Shown here piece after piece: positions 16,606 to 25,074 of a stretch of DNA of 32,525 nt (positions are counted from its first letter, which is position 1; every line of letters begins with the position of its first letter). The notes beneath the pieces were generated by a model, which was given only the letters and a program-made list of their open reading frames with translations, did no database searches and was not told the origin of the DNA. The stretch lies in contig JBDRQD010000060.1 in the NCBI GenBank assembly GCA_043826455.1, positions 1-32,525 on the forward strand, in the 5' to 3' direction. The position numbers and the translations under genes are program-made. The stretch comes from Candidatus Bathyarchaeota archaeon. GTDB taxonomy: Archaea; Thermoproteota; Bathyarchaeia; TCS64.

Positions 16606-17562
16606 TTAGCGCCGCACCTGGGCCACGTGTTCGGCTGTAAGCCCGACGGCCTCGGCGCTGCTGTGCCTCGGGGCCCAGCCGATGGACCGCAGCAGGCTCA
16701 TGTCCAGCTGCATATACTTGACGTCGCCCTTCCAGCCGCGGCCGCCGTCCACGCCCCCCGTGAGGACCACTTCAGCGTCTGGGTACCCGGCGGCCCTCTT
16801 CACTATCTCGGCTATCTCCAGGACCGTCACCCTGTCCTCTGAGCCCAGGTTGTAGATGGCCACCTGTCCGCCTGACTCAGCGCCTCTGAGGAACCCCTCG
16901 ACGCAGTCGCTCACGTGGAGGTAGGACTTGCTCTGGCTGCCGTCCCCCAGGACCTCCAGGGTGTCCGGGTCTCCGCGAAGCTTCCCAGTAAAGTCCCATA
17001 TGACTCCGTGGTTGCTCCTGGGGCCCACGATGTTGGCCAGCCTGTATATGACGGCCCTGAACCCGTACATGGAGGCGTAGGCCGTGATCATGGCCTCGCA
17101 GGCCAGCTTGCTGGCCCCGTAAAGGCTTATGGGGGCCAGGGGACCGTAGTCCTCGGGGGTGGGTAGAACCGCGGCGTCGCCGTAGACGGTGGACGAGGAC
17201 GCGAAGGCCAGGAGCTCGACCTTTGAGCCTCTCACAGCTTCCAGGAGGCTGTAGGTGGCCTCGATGTTCTGCCTGAAGTGGTCCTCGGGGCTGGCCTTGT
17301 TGGCCTGGACCTCAGGGTTGGCGGCTATGTGATAGACTTGGGCGCACCCCTCGACGGCTCTCCTGGTCGTCTCCCTGTCCAGTAGGTCGCCCCTGATGAA
17401 CTCGAAGGACGGGTTGTCTTTCCACTGCTCTAGGTTGGCCATGGAGCCTGAGGCCAGGTTGTCCAGCACCCTCACCTTGTGGCCCTCGGCCATGAGCCTG
17501 TCCACCAGGTGGCTGCCTATGAATCCGGCTCCCCCTGTCACCAGTACGCGCATGGGTTTCAA
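16606..17562 (-). CDS. NAD-dependent epimerase/dehydratase (UDP-glucose 4-epimerase-like)
   Basis: TGGAGFIG, SSSTVYG, YGASK and GRGWKGDV. Confidence 0.9.
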   Translation of the reverse strand: MKPMRVLVTGGAGFIGSHLVDRLMAEGHKVRVLDNLASGSMANLEQWKDNPSFEFIRGDLLDRETTRRAVEGCAQVYHIAANPEVQANKASPEDHFRQNIEATYSLLEAVRGSKVELLAFASSSTVYGDAAVLPTPEDYGPLAPISLYGASKLACEAMITAYASMYGFRAVIYRLANIVGPRSNHGVIWDFTGKLRGDPDTLEVLGDGSQSKSYLHVSDCVEGFLRGAESGGQVAIYNLGSEDRVTVLEIAEIVKRAAGYPDAEVVLTGGVDGGRGWKGDVKYMQLDMSLLRSIGWAPRHSSAEAVGLTAEHVAQVRR

Positions 17563-17604
17563 TAGGTGAGTTGGGGGGTCCTGATTTGAAAGTATTGATC
17601 GCGG

Positions 17605-18645
17605 CTACCTGCGGGGTGGACGAAGGAGGCCGCCTACGAGTATCTGGGCTCCTACCATGGTGATGAAGAGGGGGACCACGACCCGCCAGGTGAAGAAACT
17701 GAAGCCGTAGGACTGCACTAGGTAAGCCAACAGGAAGTTGAAGACCCCGCCCACTATGTCCTGGGGCGCCCTCCAGGGGCTCCAGGCCATCAGGTACCTT
17801 ATCGCGGCTGACAGAATGCTCCAGGAGCCCATGGCCATGAAGAACCAGTAGGCGGCCGGGGCCAGCTCAGCGGGGGGCCACGATAGCCCGCTGACGCCCC
17901 AGCTGCGGACCCATTCAACCAGCACCGTGCGCAGGCCCGGGTTGTTGAGGGCGATGGTGGCCACCACGATGAGGAAGACGCCGAAGCCGGCGGAGTCCAG
18001 GGGGTCAACCCTGCCGCCCCAGTCGCTCATCCTGACGACGGGCCCGCTGCGAGGCGTCCCCGTGAACACGTGCTCTCCTCGCAGGCTGGGTATAACAGGG
18101 CTGCCGTACCTGGCCACGTAGGTCTTGGCCATAGTGTCGGTGAACCTGTTCCTAGGGTCGTCGCCCAGGAGGAGGCCCAGGAGGACGTCCAGGAGCAGAA
18201 GCGCGCCATGCACCTTGGAGAGGCTCCTCATGAGGGCTTGGGTCACGGTAGGGCGTCCGCCGCTCTCGGCCTCCACCCGGAGCCCCATCAGCTGTTTGCC
18301 GAAGCTGGCTCCGTGAAATGACTCCATGACTGTGAAGTAGATGACCTGGCCTGCCCCGATGAAGAAGGGTATCTGCCAGACCCCTCTCCAGCTCCACAGG
18401 CCGCTGAAGGCTGAGCCCACCACGAGGGGGATGTACGCCAGGAGGGTCAGCAGCAGGCCCACCACCGCGACAATAGCCGTGTCTACCACGTAGGCTATTA
18501 GCCTCAGGAGCCACAGGCTTTGGGCGTTGAAGTCGTACCTGAGCTTGTCGAAGCCCGTCTCCCTTCCTCGGAGGGCTTGGCTGCATTTTCTGCAGTAGGC
18601 GGCGTCCTCCGGGTTGCTCTCTCCGCATCTCGGGCAGCGAACCAT
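17605..18645 (-). CDS. Zinc-ribbon + RDD-domain membrane protein
   Basis: CPRCG...CRKC, RLIAYVVD, GASFGKQLMGLRV and RFTDTMAKTYV, plus extra C-terminal TM helices. Confidence 0.85.
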   Translation of the reverse strand: MVRCPRCGESNPEDAAYCRKCSQALRGRETGFDKLRYDFNAQSLWLLRLIAYVVDTAIVAVVGLLLTLLAYIPLVVGSAFSGLWSWRGVWQIPFFIGAGQVIYFTVMESFHGASFGKQLMGLRVEAESGGRPTVTQALMRSLSKVHGALLLLDVLLGLLLGDDPRNRFTDTMAKTYVARYGSPVIPSLRGEHVFTGTPRSGPVVRMSDWGGRVDPLDSAGFGVFLIVVATIALNNPGLRTVLVEWVRSWGVSGLSWPPAELAPAAYWFFMAMGSWSILSAAIRYLMAWSPWRAPQDIVGGVFNFLLAYLVQSYGFSFFTWRVVVPLFITMVGAQILVGGLLRPPRR

Positions 18646-18676
18646 GCTGATCGTGTAGTGAGACGGGAGGATAAAT

Positions 18677-19522
18677 TTAAACAGAGGGCATGGGGACGCT
18701 GTCGTAGCTCCACTTGAGGTTGAACATGGTGCCCAGAGCCCGAGCCACCCCGGGATGGCTGGTCAAGGCGGCCTCCCTCAGGAAGAAGGGCACACCCTCC
18801 TCCTCAACCAGGAACAGGGCCCTGCCGGCCCCCTCGGGGTCGATGATGCACCCTCTGATCTCCACCTTGTCCGAGACCCTGACGCTCAAGCCTTCATCCA
18901 TGCACTCTCTGAGCCGCTCCAGGGCCCTCCTCTGTTTCACCCGGTCCGACTCTGACAGGGTCTCAGGAGCCCTCATGAGAATCCTTACGCTCACCCCTCT
19001 GCAGCATGCGTCCACCAGGTCGCCCCACACCTGGTCCAGGTACTCCATGGCCCTCGTCGAGATCAGCAGCTCGCCCCCGGCCGCCCGGTACAGCTTCCTG
19101 GTCTCCTCCAGGGAGACGTCCCCCACGCTCACCACCCGTATCAGGCTCGTGCGCTGCTCGCTGGTCCCCGCCTTCAGGTACATTTCCCCGGCTGCGTCCT
19201 CGAAGTCCCTGCGGTAGGTCTCCACGACGCTGAGCCTCTTTCTGATCTCCTCTCTGGAGACCGAGGCCAGTGCGTCGGCGATCTCCTCAGGCGACAGGGG
19301 CGCGTAGAGGGCTGGCCTGCCCGGCCTCATGATGATCAGCCCCTTCTGGCTCAGCTCGTCCAGGACCCCGTAGATTCTGGCGTTGGGGACGCCGCTGGCC
19401 TTGCTGAGGGTGGTGGCCTTGGTCTCGCCCAGGTACATGAGGTGGGCGAGGGCCGAAGCCTGGTACTCGTTGAGCCCCATGTTCATGAGGGTGAACTTTA
19501 CCTGGTTGATCTTGGCCTCCAA
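18677..19522 (-). CDS. trmB: TrmB-family transcriptional regulator
   Basis: GLNEYQA...LSKASGVPNARIYGVLDELSQKGLI...GRPALY wHTH, followed by a C-terminal effector domain (GVSVRIL). Confidence 0.9.
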   Translation of the reverse strand: MEAKINQVKFTLMNMGLNEYQASALAHLMYLGETKATTLSKASGVPNARIYGVLDELSQKGLIIMRPGRPALYAPLSPEEIADALASVSREEIRKRLSVVETYRRDFEDAAGEMYLKAGTSEQRTSLIRVVSVGDVSLEETRKLYRAAGGELLISTRAMEYLDQVWGDLVDACCRGVSVRILMRAPETLSESDRVKQRRALERLRECMDEGLSVRVSDKVEIRGCIIDPEGAGRALFLVEEEGVPFFLREAALTSHPGVARALGTMFNLKWSYDSVPMPSV

Positions 19523-19535
19523 GGTGGGTCATATG

Positions 19536-19596
19536 TATGTTGGTGCTTCGACAACATAAATTTATAAGCCCTAAAGTTACTATCCTCGAGTAGTAA
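19536..19596. promoter_or_regulatory. Divergent trmB/sqdB promoter with a TATA box flanked by two palindromes
   Basis: TATGTTG-N9-CAACATA (19536-19558), TTTATAA (19561-19567) and TTACTA-N8-TAGTAA (19577-19596). Confidence 0.6.
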
Positions 19597-19630
19597 AATC
19601 AAATACTGGTTAGTGTTGGAGGAAGACCGG

Positions 19631-20785
19631 ATGAAAGTAATGATCATGGGAATGGACGGCTACCTGGGCTGGACCCTCAGCATGTACCTCAGCGGCCGAG
19701 GCCACGACGTCTGCGGCGTTGACAACATGAGCCGCAGGAAGATGGTGGCCGAGATCGGCAGCTGGAGCGCCACACCTATTAAGCCCATGGAGCAGAGGCT
19801 CAAGGCCTACAAGAAGGCCACGGGCCGCAGCCTCCGCTTCTACAGGGGCGACCTGGTGGAGCCCAGCTTCACCGACCTGGTCGTAGGCAAGGAGAAACCC
19901 GACTGCATAGTGCACCTGGGGGAGATACCCAGCGCACCTTACAGCATGATTGACGTCCACCACTGCAACTATACGCAGGTCAATAACATAGTGGGCAACA
20001 ACAACATCCTCTTCGCCATGAAGGACCATGTCCCGGAGTGCCACCTCCTGAAGCTGGGCACCATGGGCGAGTACGGGACACCCAACATAGACATCCCGGA
20101 GGGCTTCTTCGAGATAGAGTACAGGGGCCGCAAGGACAGGCTGCCCTTCCCCCGCCAGCCGGGGAGCTGGTACCACCTCACCAAGGTCCACGACACCTGG
20201 AACCTCATGTTCGCCAACAAGATATGGGGCATCAGGGCTACGGATGTGATGCAGGGCGTCGTCCACGGCATACTCACCGAGGACATGGTGAACGACGACC
20301 TCCTCACCAGGTTCGACTTCGACGAGGTATGGGGCACAGCCATTAACAGGTTCTGCGCCCAGGCCACCATAGGCCACGAGCTCACTCCCTACGGCAAGGG
20401 CGGCCAGACCCGTGGCTACCTGGCGCTCCGCGACAGCATGCAGTGCTTCACCATCGCCATAGAGAAGCCGCCAAAGGAGCGGGAGTACAGGGTCTTCAAC
20501 CAGTTTGAGGAGACCTACAGCGCCAACGACCTGGCTGAGCGGGTCAGCAAGGTGGCCCAGGAGTTCGGCCTGGAGGGTAAGATATGGAACATCCCCAACC
20601 CTAGGCTGGAGGCCGAGGAGCACTACTATAAGCCGGACATCAACCATCTGCCCGCCCTGGGTTTCAAGCCCACTTACACGCTGGAGGACGAGCTCAGGAT
20701 CACCCTGCCTAAGCTCCTGGAGTACAAGGACAGGATAGAGTGCAAGCGGGAGTGCATAATGCCCAAGGTCAAGTGGACCGACTAA
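19631..20785 (+). CDS. sqdB: UDP-sulfoquinovose synthase (SqdB/SQD1/Agl3 family)
   Basis: GMDGYLGW, PSAPYSM, HLLKLGTMGEYGTPN, PGSWYHLTKVHD, QGVVHG, NRFCAQA, YGKGGQTRG, RVFNQF and NPRLEAEEHYY; GGAGG SD before ATG 19631. Confidence 0.93.
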   Translation: MKVMIMGMDGYLGWTLSMYLSGRGHDVCGVDNMSRRKMVAEIGSWSATPIKPMEQRLKAYKKATGRSLRFYRGDLVEPSFTDLVVGKEKPDCIVHLGEIPSAPYSMIDVHHCNYTQVNNIVGNNNILFAMKDHVPECHLLKLGTMGEYGTPNIDIPEGFFEIEYRGRKDRLPFPRQPGSWYHLTKVHDTWNLMFANKIWGIRATDVMQGVVHGILTEDMVNDDLLTRFDFDEVWGTAINRFCAQATIGHELTPYGKGGQTRGYLALRDSMQCFTIAIEKPPKEREYRVFNQFEETYSANDLAERVSKVAQEFGLEGKIWNIPNPRLEAEEHYYKPDINHLPALGFKPTYTLEDELRITLPKLLEYKDRIECKRECIMPKVKWTD

Positions 20786-20825
20786 CCCTTTTTTATCCTT
20801 CACACGAAGCTTCATGGTGATACAC

Positions 20826-21767
20826 ATGAGGGTGGCGCTAACAGGCGGAGCAGGATACATAGGCTCGACTCTTGTAGCCAAGCTGGTTGAACATGGCGAC
20901 AGCGTCGTGTCCGTGGACAACCAGAGCATAGGCGACTACGGGCACCTGAAGGGCAGCAAGCTGGGAGGTAGAGCCGAGCTGCTGGTGGGGGACATCCGCG
21001 ACCAGAAGCTGCTAGAGGAGAAGTGGAGAGGCTGCGACGCCGTAGCCCACCTGGCAGCACTACCAGGTCTAGTGAGGTGCAGGGACAACCCGGAGGAAGC
21101 AGTCTCTGTGAACGTTTACGGGACCCACTGCGTCATGGAGGCCGCCCGGAGGCTGGACATCAAGAGGGTCGTGTTCTGCTCCAGCGCCGCCACCTACGGG
21201 GTGCCCGTCAGGATGCCGGTGACCGAGGACCACCCCCTGAGGCCGCTGAACCTCTACGGGGTAACTAAGGTCTCCGGGGAGCAGATCGTCAACACCTACT
21301 GGGACAACTACGGGATAGAGACGGTGAACCTCAGGTTCGGCAACATCTACGGCGTGGGCGTATTCACCAGGTGGGACACGGTGATACCCAAGTTCGTGAA
21401 CCAGGCCGTGGGCGGAGAGCCCCTCACCGTCTACGGCGACGGGGAGTATAGCAGAGACTTCGTCCACGTCCAGGACATCACCAAGGCCATGATGCTCAGC
21501 CTCACAACCCCCGGTATAGGGAGTGAGGCCTTCAACGTGGGGGGCGAGACCCTCACTATAAACAGGCTCGCGGAGATCGTCAAGGAAGAGTTGACCAACG
21601 AGACGGGGGACGAGGCCGAGGCCGTGAACACGCCGCCCAGGCAGGGAGAGACCAAACAGTTCAGCTACGACCTGAAGAAGATTCGGAGCAGGCTCGGGTT
21701 CGTCAACGACTGGACGGTCAGGGAAGGCGTGAAGCAGCTCATCAGGTACCGCCTGAAGCAAGGGTGA
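20826..21767 (+). CDS. NAD-dependent epimerase/dehydratase
   Basis: TGGAGYIG, SSAATYG, YGVTK and RDFVHV; the start is 20826 or 20814. Confidence 0.9.
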   Translation: MRVALTGGAGYIGSTLVAKLVEHGDSVVSVDNQSIGDYGHLKGSKLGGRAELLVGDIRDQKLLEEKWRGCDAVAHLAALPGLVRCRDNPEEAVSVNVYGTHCVMEAARRLDIKRVVFCSSAATYGVPVRMPVTEDHPLRPLNLYGVTKVSGEQIVNTYWDNYGIETVNLRFGNIYGVGVFTRWDTVIPKFVNQAVGGEPLTVYGDGEYSRDFVHVQDITKAMMLSLTTPGIGSEAFNVGGETLTINRLAEIVKEELTNETGDEAEAVNTPPRQGETKQFSYDLKKIRSRLGFVNDWTVREGVKQLIRYRLKQG

Positions 21768-21771
21768 TGCG

Positions 21772-22416
21772 TTGAGCACGGAGGCCGCCGAGAAGCCAAG
21801 GGTCTCAGCGGTCATCCCGGCATTCTACGAGGAGAAGACCATAGGTGAAGTCGTGCAGGGGTGCCTCCCCCACGTGGGCGAGGTGCTGGTGGTGGACGAC
21901 GGCAGCGGTGACGACACAGCTGTCAACGCCGAGTCAGCCGGTGCCAGAGTCATCAGGCTGCCCAGGAACATGGGGGTCCTGAAGGCCGTGGAGAAGGGGC
22001 TCAGCGAGGCGGGGGGAGACATAATTGTCACCCTGGACGCGGACGGCCAGCACAGCCCCGGGGACATACCTAAGCTTATCCAGCCTATAATCGACGGAGA
22101 GGCGGACCTGGTCATGGGTGTTCGCCCCAGCTTCCCCCACCTCAGCGAGAAGGTGATCACCTGGGTCACTTGCCTCAGGGTTCCAGTGGGGGACGCCAGC
22201 ACAGGGTTCAGGGCCATCAGAAAGGAGACGGCGGACAAGATGAGGCTTCACGGCGCGTGCCTCTGCGGCACCTTTGTCTTGGAGGCGGCCAGAAACGGGG
22301 CCAGGGTCAAGGATGTTTCTATCACTGTGGCCGAGAGGAAGGAAGGCAGACGCAGGATACAGACAAGACACATAAGGCAGCTACTCCACGTGGCCTGGGA
22401 CGTGCTAAGGCTCTAG
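21772..22416 (+). CDS. Glycosyltransferase family 2 (DPM1-like)
   Basis: VIPAFYEE, VVDDGSGD, LDADGQH and DASTGFRA. Confidence 0.9.
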   Translation: MSTEAAEKPRVSAVIPAFYEEKTIGEVVQGCLPHVGEVLVVDDGSGDDTAVNAESAGARVIRLPRNMGVLKAVEKGLSEAGGDIIVTLDADGQHSPGDIPKLIQPIIDGEADLVMGVRPSFPHLSEKVITWVTCLRVPVGDASTGFRAIRKETADKMRLHGACLCGTFVLEAARNGARVKDVSITVAERKEGRRRIQTRHIRQLLHVAWDVLRL

Positions 22417-22468
22417 GAAAGCATATAGATAGAATGAGACTCAGATACTGGATTCAGGTAGATCGAAG

Positions 22469-22993
22469 ATGACCAAAGGCGTAACGGTGTGGTTCACGGG
22501 GCTGCCTTGCAGCGGCAAGACAACGGTTGCGGACAGGGTGGCCGAGACACTGAAGAAGCAGGGATGCAAGGTGGAGCGCCTGGACGGGGACACCGTCAGG
22601 AAGGGCCTCACCAGCGACCTGGGGTTCAGCAAAAAGGACAGGGACGAGAACATCAAACGGGTCACCTTCGTGGCCAAGCTCCTCACCCGCAACGACGTGA
22701 TAGTGCTGGCCACCTTCGTCTCACCCTACCGGGAGAGGAGACTGCTCACCCGGGAAGAGATAGGCAGCTTCATGGAGGTCTACGTCCGGTGTAGCCTGGA
22801 GGAGTGCATGAAGCGGGACATCAAGGGCATGTACAGGAAGGCCATGGCCGGGGAGATCAAGGACTTCACCGGGGTGGACGACCCCTACGAGGAGCCCGAG
22901 AGCCCGGAGCTCATCCTGGACACCGACAAGGAGACGGTGGAGGAGAGCGCAGAGAAGGTTCTAGGGAAGATGAAGAGCCTGGGCTACCTATAG
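22469..22993 (+). CDS. cysC: Adenylyl-sulfate (APS) kinase
   Basis: WFTGLPCSGKTT, LDGD, DLGFS...DRDENIKR, FVSPY and FTGVDDPYEEP. Confidence 0.95.
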   Translation: MTKGVTVWFTGLPCSGKTTVADRVAETLKKQGCKVERLDGDTVRKGLTSDLGFSKKDRDENIKRVTFVAKLLTRNDVIVLATFVSPYRERRLLTREEIGSFMEVYVRCSLEECMKRDIKGMYRKAMAGEIKDFTGVDDPYEEPESPELILDTDKETVEESAEKVLGKMKSLGYL

Positions 22994-23027
22994 CTCCACC
23001 CAAGAAAGGGGTAGTAAAAGGTGGGGC

Positions 23028-23258
23028 CTAGTCCACCACGATCATGGTCAAAGTAGACCTGACGTGGTTGAGACGCCTGATCTTGGTCGTTATCACGTCC
23101 TTGAGCTTCTGCATGGTGTCAGCCTCAAGGCGAACGACGAAGTCGTAGACCCCGTAGACCCCGTGGACTTCCTTCACTTCAGGGATCTCTCCCAGGGCCT
23201 TCTCGACGTCGGTGCCCTCACCAAGGTCTGTATTAATGAGTACGAAAGCTATACTCAA
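23028..23258 (-). CDS. Stand-alone Lrp/AsnC ligand-binding (RAM) domain protein, 76 aa
   Basis: AFVLIN...VYGVYDFVVRLEA...IRRLNHVRSTLT; no HTH domain. Confidence 0.9.
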   Translation of the reverse strand: MSIAFVLINTDLGEGTDVEKALGEIPEVKEVHGVYGVYDFVVRLEADTMQKLKDVITTKIRRLNHVRSTLTMIVVD

Positions 23259-23400
23259 GCATTACACCTGTTTGAAAAAACTGGTATCATCTTTTAACCT
23301 TTTCCAGCCGATAAATAGTCATGAACTTACTATAAATACTTTAATGACTGGAATAAGGTAGGAGAGTATACTGAAAGAAGGATAATTATACGACGTTGGT

Positions 23401-23414
23401 CGAACATGTGTTCG
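23401..23414. promoter_or_regulatory. Palindrome CGAAC-ATGT-GTTCG just upstream of the thiolase TATA box
   Basis: 5-4-5 inverted repeat followed by TTTTAATAT at about 23422; ATG at 23460. Confidence 0.45.
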
Positions 23415-23459
23415 TCACAAGTTTTAATATCGGCAAAACCAAGGGCCGAACTGATAAAA

Positions 23460-24695
23460 ATGTCCTTACACCGAAACGTCTGCATAGTGGGAGCCGGGAT
23501 GACCCGCTTCCACCACAAGCTCCACGCCGACAAGCAGGGTCGCGAGTTATTCGTGGAGGCCGCCCTGGAGGCCGCCGCCTCTGTGGACAAGGACTTCACT
23601 CTGGGCGACGCCGAAGCCCTCTACTTGGGGTACTTCAGCAGCGACATGTTCGAGCGCCAGGCTCACACCTCGGCCCTCATGGCTGACTGGCTGGGCGTCA
23701 ACCCCATACCCGCCACCCGGATAGAGACGGCCTGCGCCAGCAGCGGGGCCGCCGTCAACGTGGGGGCATTGGCCGTGGCCTCGGGCCTGTACGACGTTGT
23801 GCTGGTGGGGGGTGTGGAGAAGATGAGGAACCTGGATACAGGCCAGGTGACGGACACCCTGGCATTGGCCGCGGACGCCAGCTACGAGGCAGCCATGGGG
23901 TTCACCTTCCCCGGGCTGTACGCGGCCATGGCCGACGCCCACTTCAGCAAACACGGTAGCACGTGGGAGCAGCTGGCGGCCATAGCCGTGAAGAACCATG
24001 TGAACGGAGCCCTGAACGATAAGGCTCAGTACCAGGAGACAATCATGGAGATCGCGGGGAAGCTGGGGGAGCGCAAGGGGCTCAAGTTCAGGGATGAGCT
24101 GGAGTTCCTCAGATCAGAGCTGAACCCGTTTGTGGCCTCACCCCTGCGCCTGTTCGACTGCTGCCCCATATCCGACGGGGCCGCCGTGGTCGTGCTGGCC
24201 GCCGAGGAGGTGGCCCACAAGTACACTGACACGCCGGTGAAGCTTCTCGGCCTGAGCCAGGCCTCTGACACCATGGCCATACATGACAGGGAGGACCTGA
24301 CCACGCTGAAGGCAACGACACTAGCCTCGCGTCAGGCCTACAAGATGGCCGGGGTGAAGTCCAAGGATGTGGACGTGGCCTGCGTCCACGACTGCTTCAC
24401 CATAGCCGAGCTTGTGGCCACGGAGGACCTGGGCTTCTTCCCCAAGGGCAAGGGCGGCGTGGCCGCCGTGGAGGGCAGAACTGGCCTCAGCGGCGACAAG
24501 CCCATAAACCCCGACGGCGGCTTGAAGGCCAAGGGCCACCCGGTGGGCGCCACGGGCGCGGCCATGGTGGTGGAGATGTTCAAGCAGCTGCGGGGCCAGG
24601 CCGGCCGACGCCAGGTGAAGGACGCCGAGGTGGGCCTGACGCAGAACGTGGGGGCGGCGGGGGCCACCGTCGTCGTCCAGGTGTACGGGAGGTGA
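23460..24695 (+). CDS. Thiolase (archaeal/SCP2-type acetyl-CoA acyltransferase)
   Basis: ETACASSG catalytic Cys, DCCPISDGAA, VHDCFT and GHPVGATG; likely start ATG 23460. Confidence 0.92.
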   Translation: MSLHRNVCIVGAGMTRFHHKLHADKQGRELFVEAALEAAASVDKDFTLGDAEALYLGYFSSDMFERQAHTSALMADWLGVNPIPATRIETACASSGAAVNVGALAVASGLYDVVLVGGVEKMRNLDTGQVTDTLALAADASYEAAMGFTFPGLYAAMADAHFSKHGSTWEQLAAIAVKNHVNGALNDKAQYQETIMEIAGKLGERKGLKFRDELEFLRSELNPFVASPLRLFDCCPISDGAAVVVLAAEEVAHKYTDTPVKLLGLSQASDTMAIHDREDLTTLKATTLASRQAYKMAGVKSKDVDVACVHDCFTIAELVATEDLGFFPKGKGGVAAVEGRTGLSGDKPINPDGGLKAKGHPVGATGAAMVVEMFKQLRGQAGRRQVKDAEVGLTQNVGAAGATVVVQVYGR

Positions 24696-24699
24696 TGCT

Positions 24700-25074
24700 G
24701 TGAGCGAGTTCACTACTGTCGATTCGTTCGTCAAGGGGTTAGCCGAGGGGAAGCTGAAGGGGTGTAGGTGTAAAGCCTGCGGGAGGCTCATGGTTCCGCC
24801 CAGGCCCATCTGCCGCAGCTGCGGCTCCACCGACCTTGAGCCCTACGTGTTCAAGGGTACCGGGAAGTTAGCGGCGTCCACCGTCATCTACGTGCCCCTC
24901 ACCAGGTTCCAGACCATGTGCCCCTACTCCGTGGGCGTGGTCCAGCTTGACGAGGGGGAGAGCATAAGCGGCCTCATCCTGAGCGACGGAAAACACTTGA
25001 CGCCTGGAACAAAGGTCAAGGCAAAATACCTGAAGGAGGAAGGCCGGGTGACCCTGGCCTTCCAGCCCGCCTAG
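24700..25074 (+). CDS. DUF35 Zn-ribbon/OB-fold thiolase partner
   Basis: CKACG...PPRPICRSC followed by an OB-fold; directly downstream of the thiolase. Confidence 0.9.
   Translation: MSEFTTVDSFVKGLAEGKLKGCRCKACGRLMVPPRPICRSCGSTDLEPYVFKGTGKLAASTVIYVPLTRFQTMCPYSVGVVQLDEGESISGLILSDGKHLTPGTKVKAKYLKEEGRVTLAFQPA

Noticed and set aside
19610..20929. Long antisense ORFs here and at 1803-2684, 4224-5201 and 25584-26963
   Set aside because: Expected shadows of GC3-rich genes; each overlaps a well-supported gene on the other strand.
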